A stretch of DNA of 64,000 nt from Pseudomonadota bacterium. Lineage in GTDB: Bacteria > Pseudomonadota > Gammaproteobacteria > Pseudomonadales > Pseudohongiellaceae. The DNA is taken from the NCBI GenBank assembly GCA_027592275.1, contig JAQCKF010000010.1:12972-76971 (forward strand), in the 5' to 3' direction. Under the pieces are notes generated by a model. That model was not told where the DNA came from. It ran no database searches and saw nothing but the letters and a program-made list of their open reading frames with translations. This document shows positions 37,536-48,057 of the stretch, piece by piece. A program made the translations under genes and the position numbers. The first letter of the stretch is position 1; each line of letters starts with the position of its first letter.

Positions 37536-38692
37536 GGTTTCACTGGCACCTCATTAGGGAGGGGTTTGCTCTTGCTACGCAGTCCATGCCCAAAGATTCG
37601 TGGTCTGCAATACTGATCTAGAATAGGGGCGCAGAAATTACCGAACAAAACTGCAAAAGCGATTGAATCAAGATAGCTGCCCCATACCCGTATTGAGTAG
37701 ATGGATACTCCAATAATAAACCCGTAAACAAGTTTGCCTGGACGCGTGGTGGCGGCGCTGACAGGATCTGTGGCAATAAAAAATGCGCCAATCATGGTCG
37801 CGCTTCCGAATAGGTGAAGATAGGGCGTACCGTAAATCGCTACACTTCCTGGGGCATAGAATAGAGCGGCTAGGATGAATACGGTTGCGATGATCGCAAA
37901 TGGTATGTGCCAGCTGATTACCCTCTTGTAGAGTAAGAATAGTCCGCCGAGTAAGTAACTGATGTTAATTATTTCCCATGCCGTCTCTGACTCTCGAGCA
38001 AACAGGGAGGCTCCTGATTCCCTAGCCGCCAATAAAGCACTTTTACCGGCCATCTTGAACTCGATAAGCGGAGTAGCCATCGCTAGCCCATCTACAAATT
38101 CACTGATGTCGATGGCACCTGATGCGGCGAACGGGAAGGCAAGTAGCAGCGCCTGCTTGAAGCTGCCCCAACTCAATTGGCTTAGAAATTCTCGCTCAGC
38201 GGTTAAGATAGGTGTGCCTAGATTATCGACGGACAGTGGCCCGGTGATGACCTCAAACGGGATATGCCAACCAGTCATCGCTAGAGGGAAGGCGAGTAAC
38301 AACATTGCATAACCGCACATCGCCGGGTTGAATGGGTTCTGCCCAAGTCCGCCATACAGATGCTTAACAATTACTATTGCGAACACGATCCCTAGCGCCA
38401 CAAGCCACCATGGTGATCCAGGGGGAATGGCGATGGCGAAGAGGAGTGCGGTAACTAGTGCGCTTCTGTCCGATAGGTGGGAGCGTATATCTCGGTTACG
38501 CAGCCGCAGCATCGCTGCTTCGGCGAGCACCGCGAAGGTAATGGCGATGGCTATGTTGATTAATATCCCAAAACCAAAAAACCACAGTGAGGCGAAGATC
38601 CCAGGAAGTAGCGCATACAAGAGTGTTTGCATAAGCTGGGCAATATTCCTGCCGCTGTGTTGGAAAGGCGCGCCGGCCACTAAACCGCTCAT
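37532..38692 (-). CDS. rnfD: Rnf electron transport complex subunit D
   Basis: Polytopic membrane protein with GQNPFNPAM and the FMN-attachment region ATDPVSAATT typical of RnfD/NqrB. Confidence 0.9.
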   Translation of the reverse strand: MSGLVAGAPFQHSGRNIAQLMQTLLYALLPGIFASLWFFGFGILINIAIAITFAVLAEAAMLRLRNRDIRSHLSDRSALVTALLFAIAIPPGSPWWLVALGIVFAIVIVKHLYGGLGQNPFNPAMCGYAMLLLAFPLAMTGWHIPFEVITGPLSVDNLGTPILTAEREFLSQLSWGSFKQALLLAFPFAASGAIDISEFVDGLAMATPLIEFKMAGKSALLAARESGASLFARESETAWEIINISYLLGGLFLLYKRVISWHIPFAIIATVFILAALFYAPGSVAIYGTPYLHLFGSATMIGAFFIATDPVSAATTRPGKLVYGFIIGVSIYSIRVWGSYLDSIAFAVLFGNFCAPILDQYCRPRIFGHGLRSKSKPLPNEVPVKP

Positions 38693-40323
38693 TGGTTTTT
38701 CTCGTCTCTGCGGGCTTTGACGCGAGCCACTGCTGCTGCGATATCAAGGCTCGCTTGCTCCTTGGAGATAAAGTCCGTTTTCTTATTCTGTTGCTTAACA
38801 GCAGGCCCTGCCGCTAGCGTAGGTTTGGCAGGCACAGCTACTTTTCGCGACACTGCCTGGTCTTTCTCTTTCTTCACTCGATATTGACGGAATTGAAATC
38901 TTTGCTGCCAGTAACTACCGTGCTCTAAATCCTGTCTTCTGGTCGCAATGAGTTTCTTACTCTCTTTATAAGTGCTAACTAGTGGGATATGGCTAGGGCA
39001 GACGTAGTCACAAGCGCCGCATTCGATGCAGTCAAACAAGCCGTGCTCGAGCAGTTGTGTTGTATCTGCAGTCTTACTGAATGCGAGAAGTTGCTGTGGC
39101 AGGAGTTTGGAAGGGCAGACATCTGCACAGAATCCGCAGCGTATGCAGGCCTGCTCAGCCTGTGGAGCTTGAAATTCATCTGCACTCGCCGCGATGAGAC
39201 AGTTTGTCGTTTTACAAATAGCCGCTTTATCACTCCCTAACTCGCTCCCCATCAAGGAGCCGCCAAGGATGCTCTTTTGCTTATTGCTAGTCTCGATCCC
39301 ACAGAGTTCGAATAGGAAGTCTGCTGTGGTACCTATGAGGACCTCGAAATTTTTTGGTGTCTTCAATTCCTGACCGCATAGCGTGGTGAATCGACTGACG
39401 CAGGGCTTTCCTTCGACTATTGCTTCATAGACGGCATACGCGGTGCCTACGTTGTACATTACTATGCCATTCTCAGTGGGATGCTGACCTGTGGCGATCT
39501 CAATACCAGTGACACATTTAATGAGCTGTCTCTCAGAGCCGGCAGGATATTTGCTGGGTATAAGTACAAGCTCGCAGGTCTGATCTAGATTCATTTCGCT
39601 TTTCAACGCTTGCTTGAGCGCGTCTATTGCGTCTGGCTTAGTGTCTTCGATAGCGATTATGCATCGCCTCGCTGCACTTGCCTGTTTTAATATCTCAGCG
39701 CCCACTACAACCTTCTCTGCGCGTTCCCTGAGTAGCGCTTCATCGGCGGTGATGTACGGCTCGCACTCTGCCGCGTTTATGATGAGAAACTCGATCGCTG
39801 ATTCGCCACATAGTCTGAGTTTGTCTGCGGCTGGAAAGCCAGCGCCTCCCATGCCAATGACTCCCGCATCTCGAATTAAAGAAGCTATGTTTACGCGAGA
39901 GAGCAGCGAATAATTTGATTGAGGTTCGAGTTGCAGCGCCTCATCATGTCCATCGGCGGCGAGGTTTATACAAAGTTGCTGCTGCTGCGAGTGGTCTGCA
40001 ACAATCGAATTTTCAATCGAAGTTATCACACCCGAGGTAGGGGCGTGCACGGGCACATCAGAAACCCCTTCTGTGAAAATGCTGATAACAGCCAATTTCT
40101 GATATTTAGATACTTGCTCCCCGATGTCGACTAGGAGAGTGATCTCCCCTCCATCAGCTGCACCAATGGGAATAGTTAACTGTTGAGGAATCGGCGTCGA
40201 CATTATTCGCGAACGCAAGGAATCTTCTTTAAACGGCAGGGGTTGGATGCCGCCGACAGTTCTTCTGGCGAATACTGTATCGCTACCGAAAAATTTCGAT
40301 GCTAGTTGTCTTAGGGCGCTCAC
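38689..40323 (-). CDS. rnfC: Rnf electron transport complex subunit C
   Basis: [16 protein letters not shown], and two 4Fe-4S motifs ([24 protein letters not shown]). Start set at GTG 40323, which overlaps the rnfB TGA (GTGA) and gives [13 protein letters not shown]...GGIQP, comparable to E. coli RsxC. The 44-codon upstream extension in the track overlaps rnfB. Confidence 0.88.
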   Translation of the reverse strand: MSALRQLASKFFGSDTVFARRTVGGIQPLPFKEDSLRSRIMSTPIPQQLTIPIGAADGGEITLLVDIGEQVSKYQKLAVISIFTEGVSDVPVHAPTSGVITSIENSIVADHSQQQQLCINLAADGHDEALQLEPQSNYSLLSRVNIASLIRDAGVIGMGGAGFPAADKLRLCGESAIEFLIINAAECEPYITADEALLRERAEKVVVGAEILKQASAARRCIIAIEDTKPDAIDALKQALKSEMNLDQTCELVLIPSKYPAGSERQLIKCVTGIEIATGQHPTENGIVMYNVGTAYAVYEAIVEGKPCVSRFTTLCGQELKTPKNFEVLIGTTADFLFELCGIETSNKQKSILGGSLMGSELGSDKAAICKTTNCLIAASADEFQAPQAEQACIRCGFCADVCPSKLLPQQLLAFSKTADTTQLLEHGLFDCIECGACDYVCPSHIPLVSTYKESKKLIATRRQDLEHGSYWQQRFQFRQYRVKKEKDQAVSRKVAVPAKPTLAAGPAVKQQNKKTDFISKEQASLDIAAAVARVKARRDEKNQ

Positions 40324-40907
40324 GAGTTCACCCAAGGTGAGCTGAGACTGTTGAAATAGGGCGTTGTCGTTTGGGGGAGAGAGGGCGCTAACTGGTTGAT
40401 CATATCGATGCAATCTACGGGACAAGGTTCGACGCAGAGATCGCAACCTGTGCATTCGGATGCAATTACAGTGTGCATTAGTTTAGGTCCACCCAGAATG
40501 GCATCCACAGGACAGGCTTGAATGCATTTCGTACACCCGATGCATTCATCCTCTCTAATAACCGCAACACTGAAGTTTCTAAATTCCCCGTGAGCTGGGT
40601 CCAGGCCTCGCACAGGTTCATTGAGCAATTCCGCGAGCTCCAGAATTGTCTCGTGTCCCCCAGGTGGACATTTATTGCTCGCCTCGCCCAAGCTTATGGA
40701 TCGCGCATAGGGGAGGCAGCCAGGGTGTCCACACTGCCCACATTGAGTCTGTGGTAGTGCGCGATTAATTCGTTTCACGAGAGATTTCTGTATCGTTAGT
40801 TGCTGCCGTAAGTATCGATTAAGCTTTAGCAGCGCGAACGCTGTGATCAGCAAGAGGCTAGAGCCAATGACGAGTTGTGTGAGCCAATGTGAGATCACCG
40901 GTAGCAT
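40320..40907 (-). CDS. rnfB: Rnf electron transport complex subunit B
   Basis: N-terminal TM helix, Cys-rich region (CGQCGHPGC), and two ferredoxin motifs ([24 protein letters not shown]). Confidence 0.9.
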   Translation of the reverse strand: MLPVISHWLTQLVIGSSLLLITAFALLKLNRYLRQQLTIQKSLVKRINRALPQTQCGQCGHPGCLPYARSISLGEASNKCPPGGHETILELAELLNEPVRGLDPAHGEFRNFSVAVIREDECIGCTKCIQACPVDAILGGPKLMHTVIASECTGCDLCVEPCPVDCIDMINQLAPSLPQTTTPYFNSLSSPWVNS

Positions 40908-40911
40908 CGTT

Positions 40912-41505
40912 TTATGTCAATCCCGCGAAACCAAGTAGGCTGATTGCCACAAGACCTGCGGTAATTAGTTGAATAGAACTGCCTCGAAATGGTGCGGGGA
41001 CATCCGCGAATTCCAGACGGATACGCAGGGCGGCGAATCCTACAATCATCAGGGAGTAGCCCAGTGCAGCGCCGAAACTATAGGCGACATTTTCGCTGAG
41101 AGAAAGCACGCTAGTGCTGCTTAACAATGTAGCTCCCAGTACAGCGCTATTACCGCCGGTTAAAAATAGAAGCAGGCCCTGCTGCCTTATCGAGAAGGGA
41201 AAGCGCTTCGTGATCACTTGGAGAAAAACCGTGGTTAGTAAAGCGCTTGTCGCTACAAAGACGACTAGGCGAAAGAACTCTAAATGAAACGGGATCAAAA
41301 AGAAGCGATAAATAATCAGGTTAATGACCAAGCTTAGAAAAAGAACCGCAAAGTTAAATAACGCAAACTCGATTGCCTGAGGCAATTTCTTAGTCGAATA
41401 GAAGAGTGAGGAGACACCGAAGAGCTGGATTAATATCAGATTGTTGACGAGGGCGGCGGCAACAATGATGCTGAGGTAGTTTGTCACGAAGCGATGCTTC
41501 TCCAA
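40912..41505 (-). CDS. rnfA: Rnf electron transport complex subunit A
   Basis: [24 protein letters not shown] matches the RnfA/NqrE signature. The true start may be GTG 41487 (MTNYLS...) rather than TTG 41505. Confidence 0.9.
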   Translation of the reverse strand: MEKHRFVTNYLSIIVAAALVNNLILIQLFGVSSLFYSTKKLPQAIEFALFNFAVLFLSLVINLIIYRFFLIPFHLEFFRLVVFVATSALLTTVFLQVITKRFPFSIRQQGLLLFLTGGNSAVLGATLLSSTSVLSLSENVAYSFGAALGYSLMIVGFAALRIRLEFADVPAPFRGSSIQLITAGLVAISLLGFAGLT

Positions 41506-41646
41506 CGTTTACGCTAGGCGGCTGCTTGAGCGGGGCCGCAGGAGCGCAGTGATAGCGAATTGGCGAATTCTATCATGCCCGCAGGAGTAGAACAGCAGAG
41601 TCGATTTAGGCGTTTGACTTGCCCTTATGCGCCCGCTCTGAGGTTT

Positions 41647-43161
41647 CTAGTCCTCGAAAAGGTTGGCCGAATACCCCGCAGGTATCTGATAGCGAGAAAG
41701 GATGTCTGCTTCGCTTTCTAGAGCTTGTTCGTGGTTTATCACTAACTGGTAGCCATTCTTGTTTTCCATCACTACGTTATCAAATTCATTGTTCTTAATC
41801 AGGTTGGAAAAATGAGCGAAGTCTCTCACCGGCTCACCATTAACGACCTCCACGATCCAGTTGCGCCAGTCGTGATAACCGAGATTAACATCGGCAGGCA
41901 TGACTTGAAGTGCCACGACCAATTGTCGCCGGTCTGGAGAGCTCCACTCGTTACGTGCTTGTAAGAGACTTACCGGTGCGGTGCGACTCCAATCATTGCC
42001 CCAGCGCTTGATGAGATTCATATTGAGAGGGACGAATAAGATTCCTCCGTAGATATAGTATTCGGGAATTTCATCGAACTGTTCACCTGTAACCAGGCTG
42101 TAACTGTCAAGAGCCTCTCGCGCATCGAGGCTGGTCGTTCGAACTTCGCCTTGCCGAACGTAAGTGATATCAACAGAATCACCTACATAGTGTAAATTTA
42201 TGGCGTGTCTGTAGTCGGTGAGTACATCCTGGGACAGATGAATACTGCCATCCTCAGCGATGTTGAAATCATCAATTTTCAGAATGACATCATTTTTCTG
42301 CAACACGCCCTGTGCCGGGGCATCATCAAAGACTTTTATCACAATTACGCCGTTCTGCTCATCGGTTAGGCCATAGGCTTTTTTTGCGGAGGGGCTGTCG
42401 AGAGTTTGTGTACGGAAGCCCAAGTCTGGAAAACCGTCGTGATCGCCATCTTCACTATCGGTTAGTACGTGCCGAATCATGCTGGGTGGAACGAAATAGC
42501 CGAGATTCTCTGCGCGGCCGCCGCTGTTGGCTTGCATCACAACTCCAACGATTTGTTGGTCGACTATAACTGGGCCACCGCTATTGCCAGGATTGATGGC
42601 GGCGTCTATTTGACCGGCCAATAGGTAGGCGTCAGAGTGCGCATAAACTTGCTGTTCAACTCGGGAGAGGATGCCTTTAGTGATGCTCAGGGATTTGCCG
42701 CCAATAGGGTACCCATATACGGAAACTTCTTGTAGTGGCTCGGGCAGATCGCCAATGCTTAGCGCCTTTAGGTCACTGAAAAATCCTGGCTCGTCTACAG
42801 TTATTAATGCTAGGTCTGCCTCATGAGAGATGAAGGTGACTCTCGCCAGATAGCGTTTTGGGTCGTTGTGCTTTTGTGCCTGTACGTAACTCGCATTCGC
42901 AACGACATGCGCATTAGTCAATATTTGATTGCCTGCGATAACCGAGCCCGAACCGCTGCTCTGTCGCGGTGTAAGCAAGCGCCAGGGAGTAAAGTAATCC
43001 GGTGCAGATTGGGTGGTGTAAATCTTTATCACCGAGTCTTCGATTGCCCTTATTTCGCTGTTTTGGGCTGCCGCGCCATTGCCAGCTAAGAAGGAGAACA
43101 AAGATAGCGTTAGCAAGAACATGCGGGCCGGTTTGCCAAAAAAGCTGTTAGGAAAACGCAT
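41647..43161 (-). CDS. secreted trypsin-like (S1C/Deg-type) serine protease
   Basis: Signal peptide, then catalytic triad contexts TNAHVV, ADLALI and GNSGGPV, with a PDZ-like C-terminal region. Confidence 0.85.
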   Translation of the reverse strand: MRFPNSFFGKPARMFLLTLSLFSFLAGNGAAAQNSEIRAIEDSVIKIYTTQSAPDYFTPWRLLTPRQSSGSGSVIAGNQILTNAHVVANASYVQAQKHNDPKRYLARVTFISHEADLALITVDEPGFFSDLKALSIGDLPEPLQEVSVYGYPIGGKSLSITKGILSRVEQQVYAHSDAYLLAGQIDAAINPGNSGGPVIVDQQIVGVVMQANSGGRAENLGYFVPPSMIRHVLTDSEDGDHDGFPDLGFRTQTLDSPSAKKAYGLTDEQNGVIVIKVFDDAPAQGVLQKNDVILKIDDFNIAEDGSIHLSQDVLTDYRHAINLHYVGDSVDITYVRQGEVRTTSLDAREALDSYSLVTGEQFDEIPEYYIYGGILFVPLNMNLIKRWGNDWSRTAPVSLLQARNEWSSPDRRQLVVALQVMPADVNLGYHDWRNWIVEVVNGEPVRDFAHFSNLIKNNEFDNVVMENKNGYQLVINHEQALESEADILSRYQIPAGYSANLFED

Positions 43162-43400
43162 AGCAGAAGACCTCTGGTTCGGTAATTGGTACTCATACTG
43201 GCAGAATGTTACTTGCTAGTACGCGATCGAGTGTTGAAGCTTAATATGTTAGCGACGTCAGTGCCAGTCACGTTGCAGGCGCTGGTAAGATAGTCTGGCA
43301 GCGCGGTCTAGCAACAAGACCCGCTGTTGATTGGACCTGTAAGGGGAGAGAAATCTTGCAGATTCCTAGATTCTGGGATTCAGGTCATGAATTGCAGAAA

Positions 43401-45476
43401 CTAAGTGATGCGCATCCCTGGCTGAGCGCCAGCATGGGGCTCGAACAACCAAATTTCTTTTCCACCAGGGCCGGCGGCGAGAATCATTCCTTCAGACATG
43501 CCAAACTTCATCTTGCGGGGCGCGAGGTTTGCCACGACGACGGTTAACATGCCGACTAGTTTGTCTGGGTCGTATGCTGACTTGATGCCAGAAAAAACAG
43601 TTCGCGTAATGTCTTCCTCGTTTTTATCTTTACCCAGATTCAGCACTAGCTTCAATAATTTGTCAGCGCCTTCGACGTGCTCGGCGCTAGTGATCTCAGC
43701 GACGCGCAGATCGACCTTTGCGAAATCATTGAAATCGATCTCGCTCTCGAAACCCGTAGTATTCTCTTGAGGCTGCTGCGGCGTGTCGGACTTCGCTTTA
43801 GAGCGTGCCTGTATCTCGAACTCTTTTTGAGTAGCGTCTACCATAGCCTGTACCTTGTCAGATTCCACCCGAGTCATCAGTGGCTTAAATTTATTGATCT
43901 TGTGCCCAACTAAAAGACTATCGGCGTCATCCCACAGCAGAGGTTCGATAGCAAGAAACTGTTCTGCATCCGCCGCCATTTTTGGTAGCACGGGCTTTAG
44001 ATAGCACATGAGCAGGCGAAAGGCATTGATGCCACTGCTACAGATGGCCTGAAGCTCCGGTGATTGCTTGTCAGTTTTTGCAATTACCCAAGGTTCTTTG
44101 TCATTGATATATTGGTTTGCCTTGTCCGCGAGACTCATGATCAATCGAATAGCTTTGCTGTATTCTCGCGCCTCGAAGTAATCCCCAATTTCATTCTTTG
44201 CAGTTTGCATCTCGGCGAGTAATTCGGGGTTGTCAGGGTTATCCGCAAGGTAGCCATCGAAGCCTTTGCCAATAAAGCCAGCACAGCGGCTTGCTATGTT
44301 TACCACCTTGCCAACTAGATCTGAATTGACTCTTTGTGCAAAATCGTCAAGGTTTAAATCCAAGTCATCGATGCCGTTAGATAGCTTGGCAGCTAGAAAA
44401 TAACGTAAATATTCAGGATTGAGATGGTCGAGGTAGGTGCGTGCATTTATAAATGTGCCCCGTGACTTGGACATCTTAGTACCGTCCACAGTCAGAAAGC
44501 CGTGCACGTGGATTGCAGAAGGCGTTCGGTATCCGGCGCTGGTTAGCATCGCGGGCCAGAATAGCGTGTGAAAATTGATAATGTCCTTGCCAATAAAGTG
44601 ATACAGCTCAGTATCCTTGCCCTTCTGCCAGTAGTCATCGAAGTTGTAATCTGTGCGATCGCATAGGTGTTTGAAGCTAGCCATGTAGCCGATCGGAGCA
44701 TCAAGCCACACGTAGAAATATTTCCCTGGTGAGTCTGGGATTTCGAACCCGAAGTAAGGCGCATCGCGACTGATATCCCATTCTTGTAGTTCTGTGTCCA
44801 GCCACTCTCTCAGTTTATTGGCGACCGCATCTTGCAGTGTTCCACTGCGAGTCCACTGGGAAAGCATGTCGCGGAATTCGGGGAGGGCGAAGAAGAAGTG
44901 TTCGGAGTCCTTCTCTATCGGTGTCGCACCGGAGATCGAAGATCGGGGGTCAATTAGCTCGGAGGGGCTATACGTAGAGCCGCACGCTTCGCAGTTGTCT
45001 CCATACTGATCCGTCGACTTGCACTTCGGGCAGCTACCTGTGACATACCTGTCTGCGAGGAAAAGCTTCTTCTGGGGATCGAACAGCTGCGTAATGCTTC
45101 TTCTATTTATATGGCCGTTTTTATCTAGAATCTTATAGATGTGTTCCGAGAATTCTCGGTTTTCTTCGGAGTGAGTAGAATGATAGTTGTCGAACTGAAT
45201 TAAAAAGTCGGCAAAATCTCTCTGATGCTCAATGCTGACATTTTCAATTAGCTGTTCAGGGGTTATTCCCTGTTGTTCAGCGCTGAGCATGATCGCCGTG
45301 CCATGTGTATCATCGGCACAGACATAGACGCAGTCGTTGCCTCGAAGTTTCTGCAGGCGAACCCAAATATCTGTCTGAATGGCTTCCATGAGGTGCCCAA
45401 GATGAATGCCCCCATTCGCATAGGGCAAAGCACTAGTAACCAATATTTTTCGCTGACTCACGTTCACTACCGCCAA
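43401..45476 (-). CDS. metG: methionine--tRNA ligase
   Basis: HLGH ([10 protein letters not shown]) and KMSKS motifs, a CPKC...CEAC zinc knuckle, and a C-terminal tRNA-binding (EMAP-like) domain. The start could be GTG 45461 instead of TTG 45476. Confidence 0.96.
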   Translation of the reverse strand: MAVVNVSQRKILVTSALPYANGGIHLGHLMEAIQTDIWVRLQKLRGNDCVYVCADDTHGTAIMLSAEQQGITPEQLIENVSIEHQRDFADFLIQFDNYHSTHSEENREFSEHIYKILDKNGHINRRSITQLFDPQKKLFLADRYVTGSCPKCKSTDQYGDNCEACGSTYSPSELIDPRSSISGATPIEKDSEHFFFALPEFRDMLSQWTRSGTLQDAVANKLREWLDTELQEWDISRDAPYFGFEIPDSPGKYFYVWLDAPIGYMASFKHLCDRTDYNFDDYWQKGKDTELYHFIGKDIINFHTLFWPAMLTSAGYRTPSAIHVHGFLTVDGTKMSKSRGTFINARTYLDHLNPEYLRYFLAAKLSNGIDDLDLNLDDFAQRVNSDLVGKVVNIASRCAGFIGKGFDGYLADNPDNPELLAEMQTAKNEIGDYFEAREYSKAIRLIMSLADKANQYINDKEPWVIAKTDKQSPELQAICSSGINAFRLLMCYLKPVLPKMAADAEQFLAIEPLLWDDADSLLVGHKINKFKPLMTRVESDKVQAMVDATQKEFEIQARSKAKSDTPQQPQENTTGFESEIDFNDFAKVDLRVAEITSAEHVEGADKLLKLVLNLGKDKNEEDITRTVFSGIKSAYDPDKLVGMLTVVVANLAPRKMKFGMSEGMILAAGPGGKEIWLFEPHAGAQPGMRIT

Positions 45477-45540
45477 TTTTCACTGTTATTTAATGCGATT
45501 GTTCAGTGAAGCTCTACTCTCGCACATTATGTTATTACTC

Positions 45541-45705
45541 TTAGATTTCGATCATTTCGAAATCTTCTTTACCGACGCCGCATTCTGGGCACGCCCAATC
45601 ATCGGGTATGTCGTCCCAGCTAGTGCCTGCAGGAATGCCGTCGTCCGGCAGACCTAGAGCTTCCTCATAGATAAAACTACATACTAAACACTGCCATTTT
45701 CTCAC
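45541..45705 (-). CDS. rubredoxin
   Basis: Not in ORF track (54 aa). GTG start with GGAG 6 nt upstream. Translation (M)RKWQCLVCSFIYEEALGLPDDGIPAGTSWDDIPDDWACPECGVGKEDFEMIEI carries both CxxC knuckles and the conserved rubredoxin core. Confidence 0.87.
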   Translation of the reverse strand: MRKWQCLVCSFIYEEALGLPDDGIPAGTSWDDIPDDWACPECGVGKEDFEMIEI

Positions 45706-45856
45706 GATATTCTCCAGATATTGATTGTGATTCAGCTGCTAGGCTAAGAAACCCGCTAGCTGCTTATGATTCTGCAAAACACCTTCACTGAGGTTATTCT
45801 GCGTACTAAAATCTAACGATGCTAGTCATCACGATAGGCGCCGCATCATACTGCAA

Positions 45857-45888
45857 AGGCTGGGTATTTTCAGCCTGTTTTTTGTGTT
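45857..45888 (+). terminator. orphan intrinsic terminator (AGGCTG-8nt-CAGCCT + GTTTTTTGTGTT)
   Basis: Stem 45857-45862/45871-45876 followed by a T-rich run. No plus-strand gene lies upstream of it. Confidence 0.55.
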
Positions 45889-46066
45889 GCTCTGGTCTCT
45901 AAGCGCTGGCATAAACTCAGAGTAGGGTGTGGTAAAAAGCTAAATAAGGGATGATTCTATGATGGATTGCCTCTATCATTCGCGTTCTCCTCGCTAAGCG
46001 AATTAGCAGGGAATCACGAGGCGGCGTCAGTGCGGCCCGAAGTACATTCAGTCTTGGATAAAAGCT

Positions 46067-46636
46067 ATGAGTATTAAATCCGATCGTTGGATCAGGGAAA
46101 TGTCGACCACGCAAGGAATGATAGAGCCGTTCGTGGGCGATCAGGTTCGTTACCAAGACGGTGAGAAAGTGATCTCTTATGGTACTTCAAGTTACGGCTA
46201 CGATGTGCGCTGCGCCACCGAATTCAAAATTTTTACGAATGTACACACGACCAGTGTGGTGGACCCAAAGAACTTTGATGAATCGAGTTTCATCTCGATC
46301 GACGAACCGTTCTGCGTCATTCCTCCCAACTCCTTCGCCCTGGCAAGGACTATTGAATATTTCCGCATTCCTAAAGATGTGTTGACTATCTGTCTGGGTA
46401 AATCGACTTATGCTCGCTGCGGCATCATCGTCAACGTCACGCCGTTGGAGCCTGAGTGGGAAGGCCATGTCACCCTCGAATTTTCCAATACCACTCCTTT
46501 GCCTGCAAAGATTTACGCCAATGAGGGTGTGGCGCAATTGCTGTTCTATCAATCCGACGAGCAGTGCGAAGTTACCTATAAACAGCGCGGAGGAAAATAC
46601 ATGGGTCAGGTAGGTGTTACGCCTCCGAAAGCGTGA
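46067..46636 (+). CDS. dcd: dCTP deaminase
   Basis: [12 protein letters not shown]... N-terminus and full-length Dcd similarity ([23 protein letters not shown]). Confidence 0.96.
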   Translation: MSIKSDRWIREMSTTQGMIEPFVGDQVRYQDGEKVISYGTSSYGYDVRCATEFKIFTNVHTTSVVDPKNFDESSFISIDEPFCVIPPNSFALARTIEYFRIPKDVLTICLGKSTYARCGIIVNVTPLEPEWEGHVTLEFSNTTPLPAKIYANEGVAQLLFYQSDEQCEVTYKQRGGKYMGQVGVTPPKA

Positions 46637-47201
46637 GAGCCGCCGTTATTATTGCTCTGCGGCGATGTTTTTCTGGCGCTACTCCGCCTCATGACTCGTA
46701 TTAGTCAAATTTCTGGCGCTTATCTGGCGCCTACTAAATCCTTCAAAAGACGCTTCTACCCCCACAGCCCTCGTAATACCTAGCCCGACTAAAAAATATT
46801 CAGAATTACAACAGCTTGGAACAATAATTGCTCTATATAACAGAAGCGGTCCGTCTTTAGTTACTGTGGGCTGTCAGGCATATGCAAAAGAATTGAATTT
46901 AACAGGGTTGTAATAAGTGGCATGCATGGCGGGGTTAATTTTAGAGCAATGTTATTTCATAAATTAACTGCGTTAAAACTTAATGATCAAATCGTCTGAA
47001 GTGAAATTTAGTGTAGAAAGTAAAAATTTAAATGGAATTACAGAAGTAAAACAAAAATACGGAGCATGCTAAGGCATGACAGCTAATAGCTTTATCGCAG
47101 TAGAAGGACGACTCAGTACCCACAATTTTCGCCATTGCCTTTCGGGGTGTTGGGGAATTGCTGCTGTCTCTGAATCGCACATAAAAAATAGGATGATATA
47201 A

Positions 47202-47954
47202 ATGACTTCTGCAACTGAAGCTAAAGTTTACGAACCGGTCTTGCCAAATGGTGAAGCGTCAGATGAGAATCTAACGGCAGTAGTGGTGCGCTATGCGCCA
47301 CTGGTAAAGCGCATCGCCCATCACCTATTACTGAGAATGCCTGCCAGTGTTCAGATTGACGATTTAATTCAATCAGGCATGATCGGACTGTTGGAGGCCG
47401 CAAAGAAATATGATGTCTCCAAAGGAGCGAGCTTCGAAACCTATGCCGGAATACGAATTCGTGGATCTATGTTGGACGAAGTTAGAAAGGGGGACTGGGC
47501 GCCCAGATCGGTACACCGTAAGTCTCGAAAAGTTGCAGAAGCGATAAAAGCGATCGAAGCCCGTACCGGTAAAGATGCCAAAGACCCGGATATTGCCAAA
47601 GAACTGGATATCGACCTCAACGCCTATTATGCGATATTGCAGGACGCGAGCGGCAGTCGTCTGTTTAGTTTCGATGACATAATGGAAGGCGATGATTCAG
47701 CTATCGAATTAGCCGCCGGTGAGCTCTCCGGCCCATGTGACGGCTTGCAGCGCTCTACATTCAAGGCGCATCTAGCGAAGGCTATCGATGGACTGCCAGA
47801 CCGCGAAAAACTCGTGCTTGCGCTTTACTACGACGAAGAGCTAAACCTGAAAGAGATAGGTGAGGTGATTGGAGTCAGTGAGTCTCGAGTAAGTCAGATA
47901 CACAGTCAGGCAGCTATGCGCTTGCGATCGCGACTCTCCGACTGGGCTCGTTAG
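47202..47954 (+). CDS. fliA: RNA polymerase sigma-28 factor FliA
   Basis: Near-colinear with Pseudomonas FliA: YAPLVKRIAHHLL, GLLEAAKKYD..GASFETYAGIRIRG, DWAPRSVHR, LALYYDEELNLKEIGEVIGVSESRVSQIHSQA. Confidence 0.92.
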   Translation: MTSATEAKVYEPVLPNGEASDENLTAVVVRYAPLVKRIAHHLLLRMPASVQIDDLIQSGMIGLLEAAKKYDVSKGASFETYAGIRIRGSMLDEVRKGDWAPRSVHRKSRKVAEAIKAIEARTGKDAKDPDIAKELDIDLNAYYAILQDASGSRLFSFDDIMEGDDSAIELAAGELSGPCDGLQRSTFKAHLAKAIDGLPDREKLVLALYYDEELNLKEIGEVIGVSESRVSQIHSQAAMRLRSRLSDWAR

Positions 47955-48057
47955 TCGAACTGCGTCTGATGTCTTGGCTGCGCTGGTGATTTTGGGCAGC
48001 AATAGCCTATCTTCTCCGTTATAATCCCCAGCCCATATAACGGGAACACTACAGTTC

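Noticed and set aside
40324-40455. 44-codon N-terminal extension of rnfC in the ORF track ([15 protein letters not shown]...)
   Set aside because: It overlaps the 3' end of rnfB and is Arg-rich, as off-frame sequence tends to be. The GTG at 40323, overlapping the rnfB stop, gives an N-terminus comparable to RsxC.
45917-46156. 79-aa minus-strand ORF overlapping the dcd start
   Set aside because: It is antisense to the dcd 5' end and promoter region, with no SD or motif. Most likely a chance ORF.
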